Below are positions 54,969 to 63,766 of a stretch of 64,000 nucleotides of DNA, piece after piece. Under the pieces are notes generated by a model. The model searched no databases. It was given only the letters and a program-made list of their open reading frames with translations, and was not told the DNA's origin. Origin of the DNA: a virus. Taxonomy: Duplodnaviria > Caudoviricetes. Position 1 is the stretch's first letter; each line of letters starts with the position of its first letter. A program made the position numbers and the translations under genes. Where the stretch lies: positions 6,365-70,364 of IMG/VR virus record IMGVR_UViG_3300025390_000524. One strand, written 5' to 3'.

Positions 54969-56341
54969 TAGAAACCCCGTCGTTCACGACGGCTTTATAG
55001 AAGTGGATGAAATCTGCCAGTATGAACTGTCACTAAATACTAGCAATCTTACAAAAGATATTTTAGAATGTAAACATGGAAAAAGCCTATCGCTACCGTT
55101 TCTATCCCACTAGCGAGCAAGAATCACTCTTGCGCAGGACAATGGGTTGTGCACGGCTAGTCTATAACAAGGCTCTAGCTGTTCGGACTGAGGCTTGGTA
55201 CGAACGACAAGAGCGAGTTGGCTATAGCCAAACGTCCTCCATGTTGACAAATTGGAAACAAGACTCCGCTCTTGAGTTTCTGAATGAAGTTAGCTGTGTT
55301 CCTCTTCAGCAAGGACTTAGACATCTCCAAGCCGCATTTACTAACTTCTTTTCTGGTCGGGCAAAATATCCCAACTTTAAGAACAAACATAATGGCGGTA
55401 GTGCTGAATTTACTAAGTCTGCTTTTCGGTGGAGAGATGGGCAAGTCTTTTTGGCTAAATGTGCTGAGGCTTTGCCAATTCGTTGGAGTCGCAAGATTCC
55501 CGAAGGTTGCACACCCTCGACTATTACCGTCAAGCTGACACCATCTGGTCGCTGGTTTGTATCCTTGAGGGTGGATGACCATACTGTTAAGCCATTTCCA
55601 AAGGTCGATGTCTTGAATGGACCGCTCATGGGAGAAACCACCAAGACTTTGCCTGTCCACAAATCGATTGGTTTGGACGTTGGCATAAATAGTTTGATTG
55701 CCACTAGTGACGGTGATAAGATAGCCAATCCCAAGCACTTTAAACAGCTTCGGAAGAAGCTGAGACGGGTACAGAAAGCACTGTCTCGAAAGCAAAAGGG
55801 AAGTAACAACAGACACAAAACTAGATTGCAAGTAGCTAAAGTCCATGCACAGATAACTGATGCTAGAAAAGATTTTTTGCATAAGCTGACAACTCAACTG
55901 GTTCGTGAAAACCAAACGATCGTAGTTGAAGATCTGGCTATCAAAAACATGGTCAAGAACCATAAACTTGCACTTGCGATTAGCGATGCAAGTTGGGGAG
56001 AATTGATTCGTCAACTTGCATATAAATGCGAATGGTATGGGCGAGAATTGATTAAAATTGACCGATGGTTTCCTAGTTCTAAAAGGTGTGGAAACTGTGG
56101 ACATATCGTAAATAAGCTGTCGCTGAATATCAGAGAGTGGGAATGTCCGAAATGTGGAACTAACCATGACAGAGATGTGAATGCGGCAAATAACATTTTG
56201 GCGGCAGGGCTTGCCGTTTCAGTCTGTGGAGCAACTGTAAGACCCGAAGAGAGTAAGTCTCGGAAGGCTGGTGTTTTGAAGCAGAAACCTAAATAGCGAT
56301 GTTTAGGAATCCCCGTACCTTTAGGTCGGGGAGGATGTCAA
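54969..56341 (+). mobile_element. Non-autonomous IS200/IS605-family (IS1341-like) element, tnpB only
   Basis: Left-end hairpin CCGTCG-TTCA-CGACGG; right end 'GGAATCCCCG..CGGGGAGGATGTCAA'; no tnpA. Confidence 0.88.
55076..56296 (+). CDS. tnpB: RNA-guided endonuclease TnpB (IS200/IS605)
   Basis: 'AYRYRFYPT', 'GLDVGI', 'VVEDLA', Zn finger CGNC..CPKC, 'DRDVNAANN'. Confidence 0.93.
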   Translation: MEKAYRYRFYPTSEQESLLRRTMGCARLVYNKALAVRTEAWYERQERVGYSQTSSMLTNWKQDSALEFLNEVSCVPLQQGLRHLQAAFTNFFSGRAKYPNFKNKHNGGSAEFTKSAFRWRDGQVFLAKCAEALPIRWSRKIPEGCTPSTITVKLTPSGRWFVSLRVDDHTVKPFPKVDVLNGPLMGETTKTLPVHKSIGLDVGINSLIATSDGDKIANPKHFKQLRKKLRRVQKALSRKQKGSNNRHKTRLQVAKVHAQITDARKDFLHKLTTQLVRENQTIVVEDLAIKNMVKNHKLALAISDASWGELIRQLAYKCEWYGRELIKIDRWFPSSKRCGNCGHIVNKLSLNIREWECPKCGTNHDRDVNAANNILAAGLAVSVCGATVRPEESKSRKAGVLKQKPK

Positions 56342-56718
56342 CTATATAGGAATCAAGGTTATGCTACTCAAGCGCCTGTTAAAAGCGATTATACGGTTGA
56401 TATACACCAATTAAAAATGGTTTCTAATTACAACAGTACAGTGTATATAGAAACCATTAAATTACTGAGTGAAAATCATCGTAGTAGGCAAACTGAAGCC
56501 TATAAAAATGATCAATTGGTGCTGGTTGGACAATATCTAGAGACTAGGCTCTGATTCTTTTTCATCGATAGTAGGTTCAATGGTTTTAACACCATCTTCT
56601 ACTTCAATATTTTCTTTGATAGGAACGGTGCAAAAGCCATCAAGACAACGGGATTTTGGGAGTTTTGTTTTGCGTGAACCTAAAGCTATTTCAAGATTGA
56701 TTGGTACTTTTTCCATGA

Positions 56719-57393
56719 TTAATATAATAGTAATTTATTTGCATCTAGAGAGTTTAGCACCTTGGCTGATGGGCAGTTTCCAGACATAACCATCGATAGT
56801 TCCATAGTGGCTTGATAACCTCCACGAATCCAATAGGGTGCTGCCTGTTGTTGTTGTACTGATGTTAACGGTCCACTGGGAATATAATGCGGACAATCGG
56901 CATGTTCAAAAGGAGTTTGACATAGGGGGCAGGTCATTGCTCCAGTAGATAATCCACCAATACTGGCGTAAATTTTTCGACCATAGTTGAGGTCATTGGT
57001 AATTGGATGGCTAGTTTCAGTCATACATTGACAAACCAATTGATAGATGCCTTCTCGATCCATAATTGCGTTATCAATAGCTTTGTTTGGACTGGTTGCC
57101 AGATAATATGACCTGATTTCAGGATTGGGGTTAGGATAATGTAGTAATTTAGCATCATAAATCATGCCAACTTGATTTAATACATTTTCCCAATCGTGGT
57201 TAAGCATCAATGGTTTACCAGGATAGGTATTAGCCATTGTTTTTAAAGATTGCAAATCCCATTGAAACATGGACGAGTGCAATAAATTGTTAGAAGCCAA
57301 TATAGAAAATGTACTAATGTCACCGTCAGAATAATCTGGTGCATTGACTGGCTTATAACGATTAATTTTATCCAGCGTAGCTTGATCTAACAT
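56719..57393 (-). CDS. Prohead protease (putative)
   Basis: 'GKPLMLNHDW', 'ASIGG..TCPLC..CPHYIP..ELSMV'; downstream of the portal and head morphogenesis genes. Confidence 0.7.
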   Translation of the reverse strand: MLDQATLDKINRYKPVNAPDYSDGDISTFSILASNNLLHSSMFQWDLQSLKTMANTYPGKPLMLNHDWENVLNQVGMIYDAKLLHYPNPNPEIRSYYLATSPNKAIDNAIMDREGIYQLVCQCMTETSHPITNDLNYGRKIYASIGGLSTGAMTCPLCQTPFEHADCPHYIPSGPLTSVQQQQAAPYWIRGGYQATMELSMVMSGNCPSAKVLNSLDANKLLLY

Positions 57394-58555
57394 GTTTAGA
57401 ATTTATCATAGTATATAAATTAGTATAGAACCTTTCTTGTGGTTTTCCGCTACTTTGGCTAAATTCGAAATAACATTTACAATTGACTTTGCACGTACAT
57501 TTTTCACCGATTTTAGGTAGAGTACCGATTGGTTGCCAACCAGCTTCGGCATAGCCTGGGCATTCTGGACAGGGGTGTTTAGAACCAATAAACCTGCGTT
57601 CCCAACTGTAACCTGCTTCCTGGTGTGAATCTCTGGTAGCTTCACTGTAAAATGACCAGACCGATTGAATATAGAGATCTGCTCTAGCGTCAATTTGCGC
57701 TAAACTCAAAGCACCTTTTTGGATTTGTTTAGTAAAGTTACGCAAATAGACAAATTGTTTTCTCAATTCAGTTTCAACCTTAGCCCAATCCTGTGTAGTA
57801 GCTTTGGGATTAGCAATTCTATAGGCGTTGATAGCAGCAGAACGCAAGGATTCTACTACCTTTAATTCCCACTGGGCAATATTTATTTCACCGTTGGCTA
57901 GTTGATTGTGAATGGTAGATAATTCGTTTTTATGAGCGTTTAAATAACTTTGGACGGTTTCTCTGACTTGGGTTTTTCCAATAAATTGCCCTTTTTTTGG
58001 ACCGTCTAGATAGTGATAGCGTTGCGAATTTTGATTAAATCCAAACTGTGGTCCAGCTACTGGTTCTACTACTGGTTCTGTAGCAGTAATGTTGCTATCA
58101 GTATTGTCGGTAGTGGTATCGGTTGGGGTTGGTTTTATTGGAGAAGTTTTTTTAACCTGTTTAGAAATAGCATGCACCTTCGCCAATAGAGTTGACGATT
58201 GATCTGCTAATTCATCCAAATCAAACTTACCAGCCGCCAATTGCTGGGTGACTTTGCGTAGGTCTTGTAAATGTTTAGTTAACTGCAACTCTAGCGCTTT
58301 GTAATCGTTTTCTGTAGCAGTTGGATTGATTAACCTAAAGTTGGTGACCAGAGCATCTCTAAGAGCCAATGCCATAGCCATTTCCCAATCAGCACAAGAA
58401 CCACCATTTTCTATAATTTCTAGGGTGCTTTCAAGTGTAGCGGCAGTATGCTGTTTTTCGTAATAATCAAAATATTCTTGTAATTTCTCAAGCGGGACTA
58501 CCTGACCATTTTGATCATAGAAATAACCATTGCTATAGGTAAAGCTATTGTCCAT
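57368..58555 (-). CDS. Head morphogenesis protein (Mu gpF-like), duplicated N-terminal unit
   Basis: Two similar helical units ('ALRDALVTNFR..LRKVTQQLAAG' and 'SLRSAAINAYR..LRNFTKQIQKG'), followed by 'HPCPECPGYA..CTCKVNCKC'. Confidence 0.7.
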   Translation of the reverse strand: MDNSFTYSNGYFYDQNGQVVPLEKLQEYFDYYEKQHTAATLESTLEIIENGGSCADWEMAMALALRDALVTNFRLINPTATENDYKALELQLTKHLQDLRKVTQQLAAGKFDLDELADQSSTLLAKVHAISKQVKKTSPIKPTPTDTTTDNTDSNITATEPVVEPVAGPQFGFNQNSQRYHYLDGPKKGQFIGKTQVRETVQSYLNAHKNELSTIHNQLANGEINIAQWELKVVESLRSAAINAYRIANPKATTQDWAKVETELRKQFVYLRNFTKQIQKGALSLAQIDARADLYIQSVWSFYSEATRDSHQEAGYSWERRFIGSKHPCPECPGYAEAGWQPIGTLPKIGEKCTCKVNCKCYFEFSQSSGKPQERFYTNLYTMINSKHVRSSYAG

Positions 58556-58763
58556 CTACTTTGGCAATAATTAAATTTTCAAAACCTTTGGGCGCGTATT
58601 TTTGCCAAGATTCTATAGCTGCTTGTTTAGCGGCATCGTCAATTTTGGCGTTATTACTTAGTTCGTTAAAAGGAGGGAGAGTTGAACTGGTTGGTTTGAT
58701 TTTCTGCCCCGTAGCCTCCTTGGTATCCGCCGCCGCCGCCGCCATCATTTCCTTCTTGTCCAT
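58545..58763 (-). CDS. Hypothetical protein
   Basis: 72-aa ORF between portal and gpF-like genes. Confidence 0.45.
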   Translation of the reverse strand: MDKKEMMAAAAADTKEATGQKIKPTSSTLPPFNELSNNAKIDDAAKQAAIESWQKYAPKGFENLIIAKVDGQ

Positions 58764-59970
58764 TGTTAATTACTCCAGTGTAGGTATCGTCCCAAAGTGG
58801 CCATTCAATTCTATAATGACCAAATTCTCTGTACCAATCGTAACCCATCCGCAATACCAGTTCAGTATCGCAAACCTGTTTGATTGCTTTAGAGAGCATG
58901 GCACACCAAGAATGGCGCATCCTTGCGTATTTTTTAGCAGGTTCTCCAGCGATTTCCTGTGCGCCTGTAGTATCTAGTCCAGGAAAGAACCAAACAGGAT
59001 AACCTACTGGAATTATTTGAAATTTCCAATAATTACAGGTATCAATCAAAGGTTGCAAATTAGGAAAATCTGATTGTAATTTTTTTAAATCAGTATTATT
59101 CCAAAGAAATAAATCAGTAATAATCCCGTCTAGTTGACGGTTTTGATAAGATTGAATATAAATTTGACGTTCGCGTTCATCGGTTTCTGGTGGCAAAATA
59201 TGCAGTGTTGGATTGATTCCAAGGGTAACTGCTGCCTGTGCTAAAGAAAGTGTGGCTTGTTTGAGATTACCCCAAGCTTGCATTGATTGTTGAAAGATAC
59301 TTTGCCCATAAAGAAATTGACGGTCATGCCTGATATGGACTACTTGGCAGGGGTCAAACTCGGCATCAGCTTTTCGAGAAGACATAAAACGCCGTTGGTC
59401 AAAGCCTTCTAGCAATCCTTGGTCAGATTCACGTCGAAACATCTCCCAAGTTGGCAAGTACATCAGGTTGGATACGCCGTAGGATTTGCCATCTTTTTGA
59501 ATACCCAGTTCTAAAAAACTATCACCGTAACCAAGGGCTTGTTTTAATGCTTTTTCTAGTTTGTCTCCACCTATCACCCATTGGTCTATATTTTCTTTGC
59601 GGTTGATTAAATCGTTTAAAATTACCTTGGTATCTGGATGGATTGGAATAGTTTGTTGTTTATCTTGCCAATCCGATATTGTCCAACCCAGATCGTCTCC
59701 ATCGGCTGCTGCAAACACGTCATCTACCGCTACACCTAAACAATGACGAGCTTCGTAACACCAGTTAACGATTTCGATTAGCTCTTTACCCATATTGGGA
59801 TCTCTAATACTGGATTCTGGAATTTCTGTATCGTAACTACGCAGAACTGAAGCGTAAATCTGCGATAGTGGACGCTGTGAACCAGTCAAGTCTGTATTGT
59901 TTTTTTGACCTTGACTGGAATTATTGGCTAAGCCAAATTGGTTAAGTAATTTCTTTATTATTGGGTTCAT
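58666..59970 (-). CDS. Portal protein
   Basis: 'ALGYGDSFLE', 'YLPTWEMFR', 'VVHIRHD..LYGQSIF'; size and context fit. Confidence 0.72.
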   Translation of the reverse strand: MNPIIKKLLNQFGLANNSSQGQKNNTDLTGSQRPLSQIYASVLRSYDTEIPESSIRDPNMGKELIEIVNWCYEARHCLGVAVDDVFAAADGDDLGWTISDWQDKQQTIPIHPDTKVILNDLINRKENIDQWVIGGDKLEKALKQALGYGDSFLELGIQKDGKSYGVSNLMYLPTWEMFRRESDQGLLEGFDQRRFMSSRKADAEFDPCQVVHIRHDRQFLYGQSIFQQSMQAWGNLKQATLSLAQAAVTLGINPTLHILPPETDERERQIYIQSYQNRQLDGIITDLFLWNNTDLKKLQSDFPNLQPLIDTCNYWKFQIIPVGYPVWFFPGLDTTGAQEIAGEPAKKYARMRHSWCAMLSKAIKQVCDTELVLRMGYDWYREFGHYRIEWPLWDDTYTGVINNGQEGNDGGGGGGYQGGYGAENQTNQFNSPSF

Positions 59971-60229
59971 TGTTTTTTAAAATTCTTTTAGGAGAGTGTC
60001 CATTCAAATCAAAAATGTAATGAACATCCTCATTTAAATCTTCTAACTTGGTTTGTGTAGTTTTTAAATAATAAGAAATATCGCGAATATTATCAGCATT
60101 TTTTTGACTGATTTCGTAAAGTCGCTCGATCTTTTGATTTTGCTCGTCAGTCTGCTTAGTAAACCGAGAATCCAAGGTAAACGCTATACCAAATACCGAG
60201 AACAAAATCGTTAGCATTTCGTAATTCAC
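59942..60229 (-). CDS. Small TM + coiled-coil protein (holin-like)
   Basis: Single N-terminal TM; divergent from the endolysin. Confidence 0.4.
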   Translation of the reverse strand: MNYEMLTILFSVFGIAFTLDSRFTKQTDEQNQKIERLYEISQKNADNIRDISYYLKTTQTKLEDLNEDVHYIFDLNGHSPKRILKNNEPNNKEIT

Positions 60230-60307
60230 GACCTTACCTCAAAAATAAGAAAAAATATAGTATATATGAATTTAGTATAATATAATTTATCTACTCTTTA
60301 TACTACT

Positions 60308-61117
60308 ATGGTTACTATTTCGCAAGTTATAGCCGATAAATCTACTTTTCCTATCAATCAAGCGGATTCAGGGTTCTTAACAGAGCTACAAACTAAATTA
60401 AAAGAATTAAATTATTATTTTGTACCAGTCGACGGGCTTTATGGTCCAAGTACAGCAGGAGCATGGGCGCAGTTTAAATCTGATTACAGCCAAAGTTCTC
60501 CAGAAATTGTAGGTCCAGGTTCACTAGGATTGTTGGCAAATGCCAAACCTAGAAACTTATCCAACAATGCTGCTTTTTATAATCGCTTGTGGAACGGGGC
60601 TCAAATCCAAGACCATGCAGCCTGTGACCAAGTAATAGATCGTTCTTTCATTCCGCATCGTGGTACTTATCAAGAAATTCAAGGGGAATTATCGATTCCT
60701 TGGTACGTGATTGCCTGTCTTCATTACAGGGAATCTGATTGTGATTTTCGTACTCACCTATTTAACGGAGACCCTCTATCACACAGAACCGTAAATGTGC
60801 CAGCTGGTCAACCAGTTCATGGTAATCCTCCTTTTACTTGGGCTTATAGCGCTAAGTGTGCTTTGGAATACGACGGATTAAATCGAGTAAATAATTGGTC
60901 TATTGAATCTTTACTATATGAATGCGAAAAATTCAACGGCATGGGTTATCACCATCTTGGTATTAATAGCCCTTATCTTTGGGCTAATACTAATCGCTAT
61001 CAAGCTGGAAAATACATTGCCGATGGTCGTTTTTCCGCAACCGCTGTTGACCAGCAATTAGGTATTGCTTCTCTATTGAAACGTATGCAAGAAAGGCAAT
61101 TAATTTCTATTTATTAA
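60308..61117 (+). CDS. Endolysin: peptidoglycan-binding domain + lysozyme-like domain
   Basis: 'LQTKLKELNY..VDGLYGPST'; 'IPWYVIACLHYRES..HLFNGDPL..PPFTW..SA..AL..EKFNGMGY'. Confidence 0.82.
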   Translation: MVTISQVIADKSTFPINQADSGFLTELQTKLKELNYYFVPVDGLYGPSTAGAWAQFKSDYSQSSPEIVGPGSLGLLANAKPRNLSNNAAFYNRLWNGAQIQDHAACDQVIDRSFIPHRGTYQEIQGELSIPWYVIACLHYRESDCDFRTHLFNGDPLSHRTVNVPAGQPVHGNPPFTWAYSAKCALEYDGLNRVNNWSIESLLYECEKFNGMGYHHLGINSPYLWANTNRYQAGKYIADGRFSATAVDQQLGIASLLKRMQERQLISIY

Positions 61118-61157
61118 TCTTGGTAGAATTAAATCAAGATTGATTTTTTAAAAAATT

Positions 61158-61496
61158 ATGTTGCAAACTCCCGCAGACGATACTGTAGAAAATTTAGCTG
61201 CTCTTTGTCGCACTCAGGGAACAGTCATAGAAGCTTGTCCTGCTGCTTCTCCAGAACCCTATCTAGCAATTCACAACGATAGTAAAATCTATTGTTGTTT
61301 TAAAAAAATTCCTAAGATTTTGTTAAATCAAATCAACAAAGAAGTTTATTTTAAAGGTTTGTTTATCAATACTAAACTTACTGAATTTGCACCCACAGAA
61401 TTTTCGTTTAACGGGTTTATTTATAAACTGATTGACGATGAATTTGTTAGCTCAGTTTTTGATAGTTTCCAAATGATTAACGAAGATGACCTATAA
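61158..61496 (+). CDS. Hypothetical protein
   Basis: 112-aa ORF. Confidence 0.45.
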   Translation: MLQTPADDTVENLAALCRTQGTVIEACPAASPEPYLAIHNDSKIYCCFKKIPKILLNQINKEVYFKGLFINTKLTEFAPTEFSFNGFIYKLIDDEFVSSVFDSFQMINEDDL

Positions 61497-62214
61497 TTTT
61501 GACTTCAGCCAAGAATCTGCTTTTTTCGGTAGTGTAATCAACACAGTACCTAACGCTACAATTACTTTTCAGTGCTTGGAAGATGGCGTGACTTTGGGTC
61601 TAACTACCGATAGTGTAGGCAATCCAGTAATTCCTACTGGTGAATTTGTTACAGTTTCTTTGCAATGTTATCTCAATCAAAAAGGTTTATCTGGAGCGAT
61701 TTTAGACGTACCTCCAGGGGCTGACATGGAGACGGTTTATTTTGAAGGAAGACTGATCAATCCTAAAATCTATCCAATGCCCATTCAAGCACAAGGAGAT
61801 ATTCTGGCAGTAATTAACGGGCAAACTGGACGGATTATGGCACACAGGGCGTTTAGTTCGCCTGCTGCTGCAGTTTATGGTCTTGACGCTACTTTAGGTC
61901 AAAAACTGGCAGTATACGTCCAATTCCAGCAAGGTTTGGCTTCTACTGGTGCACCTTCTGGTAATCAAGGTTCTAATGGTGGAGCTTACTCTACGCTAAC
62001 CGAAGGCACAGTCTATCAAGTTTTACCAATCGATAGCGCTGGTCAAACAATATTTGCTTTAAAATCAATTCCTACCGTTCCAAGTGACAGCGAAGTTTAC
62101 CTCAACGGGGTCAAAGCTCAGTATGGCGTAAATTACGCTATCAATGGACAAAATCTAACTTGGTTGGGATTGACCCTGCAACCGACCTATTTATTGGAAA
62201 TTTACTACTTTTAA
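61486..62214 (+). CDS. Putative head-closure-like virion protein with C-terminal beta domain
   Basis: 'TDSVGNP..VSLQCYL..GAD..YFEGRLINP'; its C-terminus is homologous to that of the tail tip protein. Confidence 0.45.
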   Translation: MTYNFDFSQESAFFGSVINTVPNATITFQCLEDGVTLGLTTDSVGNPVIPTGEFVTVSLQCYLNQKGLSGAILDVPPGADMETVYFEGRLINPKIYPMPIQAQGDILAVINGQTGRIMAHRAFSSPAAAVYGLDATLGQKLAVYVQFQQGLASTGAPSGNQGSNGGAYSTLTEGTVYQVLPIDSAGQTIFALKSIPTVPSDSEVYLNGVKAQYGVNYAINGQNLTWLGLTLQPTYLLEIYYF

Positions 62215-62227
62215 AGTATATTAAAAA

Positions 62228-62433
62228 AAAAGTACTTGACATTTCACGATAATTTAGTTATATTATTAATAGGCGAGCAGGGGTCCCTCCTGTGGTGCTG
62301 GGGAGAAATCCCAGCCATCGTCGTCCCCCCAGGAGGAGGAGGGCTCTGAGCGGTTCACGGTTGGGGATAGAAATAGAATCCCAAAGCAGACAACCAATCA
62401 TCCAAAAATAAACCAAAACACAAACCAAAAGGA
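62228..62433 (+). promoter_or_regulatory. 206-bp repeat copy 1: sigma70 promoter + structured GC-rich RNA + CA-rich RBS leader
   Basis: TTGACA-17 nt-TATATT, then stems CTCCTG/CAGGAG, GCTGGG/CCCAGC and TTGGG/CCCAA, then an AAGGAG RBS. Confidence 0.85.
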
Positions 62434-62441
62434 GAAATAAA

Positions 62442-62873
62442 ATGGATTTAATAACTAAACAATCAATTGAAACTTATCTTGGGAAAAAAATTAACAAGTT
62501 TGAAGTATGGGCAAAAGTTTTATTTGTAGTTCCAGTAAAAGGTAAAGCTACTTTTGTTAGCAAAACCAAATACGAAGCTGCTCAAGCACCGAAACCACCA
62601 AAATTTCCAACGATCCTTGTTGGATTTTCCAGCACAGGTTTAAAAAAATTAGGTTATAAAACTTGTCCATTTGTTTGGACAAAAGGAGAATTGATTGAGC
62701 AATTGCTCAAAATTAAAACCAAACAACCAAAGCTTAACTTGTTGCAATTCCAGACCGACAAAGAAAATTTTATTCATTACACGATTGAAAACGAAACTGG
62801 ATTATACGAAGATAAATTTGGTAATCAAATTCAAGTTAGTCCAGAAGGAAAAGCATACAAAATCAATGGATAG
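62442..62873 (+). CDS. Early-type hypothetical protein
   Basis: Strong RBS; 'INKFEVWAKVLFVVPVKGKATFVSK'. Confidence 0.6.
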   Translation: MDLITKQSIETYLGKKINKFEVWAKVLFVVPVKGKATFVSKTKYEAAQAPKPPKFPTILVGFSSTGLKKLGYKTCPFVWTKGELIEQLLKIKTKQPKLNLLQFQTDKENFIHYTIENETGLYEDKFGNQIQVSPEGKAYKING

Positions 62874-63084
62874 ACCCAACTGCCCTATTTGCCAAGGCAA
62901 AGTTAATAAGGATGGTAAGAACGCCAATGGAGACCAAAAATGGCGATGCCTTCGTTGTCCACATTATTTTGTGGATAGCAATAAAAATGTTGGCAGACCA
63001 ACAATTTTGCCAGATAGACCATTAACTCCATATGAAAAACTAAAACGCCATACAGAAAAGAACAAAAAGCAATTTGAGAAATAA
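62866..63084 (+). CDS. Zn-ribbon protein (InsA-like)
   Basis: Start ATG 62866: 'CPICQG..KDGK..GDQKWRCLRC..GRP'. Confidence 0.6.
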   Translation: MDRPNCPICQGKVNKDGKNANGDQKWRCLRCPHYFVDSNKNVGRPTILPDRPLTPYEKLKRHTEKNKKQFEK

Positions 63085-63090
63085 TTTTCA

Positions 63091-63296
63091 AAAAGTACTT
63101 GACATTTCACGATAATTTAGTTATATTATTAATAGGCGAGCAGGGGTCCCTCCTGTGGTGCTGGGGAGAAATCCCAGCCATCGTCGTCCCCCCAGGAGGG
63201 GGAGGGCTCTGAGCGGTTCACGGTTGGGGATAGAAATAGAATCCCAAAGCAGACAACCAATCATCCAAACATAAACCAAAACACAAACCAAAAGGA
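63091..63296 (+). promoter_or_regulatory. 206-bp repeat copy 2
   Basis: Differs from 62228-62433 at two positions by my reading. Confidence 0.85.
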
Positions 63297-63306
63297 AATA
63301 CACACC

Positions 63307-63498
63307 ATGACAAAACGCACAATTGAAATTTTTGAAAATGAATTCTCTGGACCCAATTTTTTAACCATCGCTTACGAAGTGGTGGTTGTAGTCAACCCTA
63401 ACAATCCATACGCAGACATTGATCTCGGCTGGTACGAAACTAGAGAAAAAGCCGAAGAGGTAGTTGCCAAAGCCAAAATCAAATACAGAATCAAATAA
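63307..63498 (+). CDS. Small early-type hypothetical protein
   Basis: 63 aa downstream of the repeat promoter. Confidence 0.55.
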   Translation: MTKRTIEIFENEFSGPNFLTIAYEVVVVVNPNNPYADIDLGWYETREKAEEVVAKAKIKYRIK

Positions 63499-63504
63499 AC
63501 CACC

Positions 63505-63528
63505 AAGGGGCTAACCACCCCTTTTTTT
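63505..63528 (+). terminator. Hairpin terminator GGGG-CTAACCA-CCCC-T7
   Basis: Same hairpin recurs at 63724-63740 without the T-run. Confidence 0.65.
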
Positions 63529-63552
63529 ACTAACCAAAAGGAGAAAATAAAA

Positions 63553-63717
63553 ATGGATTTAACCCCAGAACAATTAGCCGTATCTGTTCCAGACCCTTAT
63601 TGGGTATCTCTTCTTCCACCAGATGTTTCAGAAGAAGAAGAATTCGATTACAAATATGCTGAACATTTAAACGAAGCAGAAGACGACGACGACAGCGACC
63701 TATTTGATCACGAATAA
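63553..63717 (+). CDS. Very acidic 54-aa protein (missing from the ORF track)
   Basis: MDLTPEQLAVSVPDPYWVSLLPPDVSEEEEFDYKYAEHLNEAEDDDDSDLFDHE; preceded by an AAGGAG RBS. Confidence 0.65.
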   Translation: MDLTPEQLAVSVPDPYWVSLLPPDVSEEEEFDYKYAEHLNEAEDDDDSDLFDHE

Positions 63718-63766
63718 TTACCAGGGGGCTAACCACCCCCATTACATAAACCAAAAGGAGAAAATC

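Larger units (their letters stand above)
54639..56554 (+). pseudogene. Phage gene interrupted by the IS605-type element (5' part 54639-54968, 3' part 56342-56554)
   Basis: Removing 54969-56341 gives an uninterrupted in-frame 180-aa ORF: ..HQKIG|LYRNQGYATQ..LETRL*. Confidence 0.75.

Noticed and set aside
55175-56167. 330-aa antisense ORF opposite tnpB, and other long shadow ORFs (e.g. 13498-13872, 31867-32196)
   Set aside because: They fully overlap well-supported genes on the other strand or frame and have no recognisable motifs; long antisense ORFs are common opposite tnpB.
7350-60281. Recurrent TAGTATAAT at 7350, 14221, 29332 (minus) and 60273 as a phage-specific late promoter
   Set aside because: It is simply an extended sigma70 -10 box, and a few copies are expected by chance at this AT content.
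62330-62390. CTGAGCG..GAAA in the duplicated RNA as a hammerhead ribozyme
   Set aside because: The core does not fit CUGANGA and the required three-helix junction could not be built.
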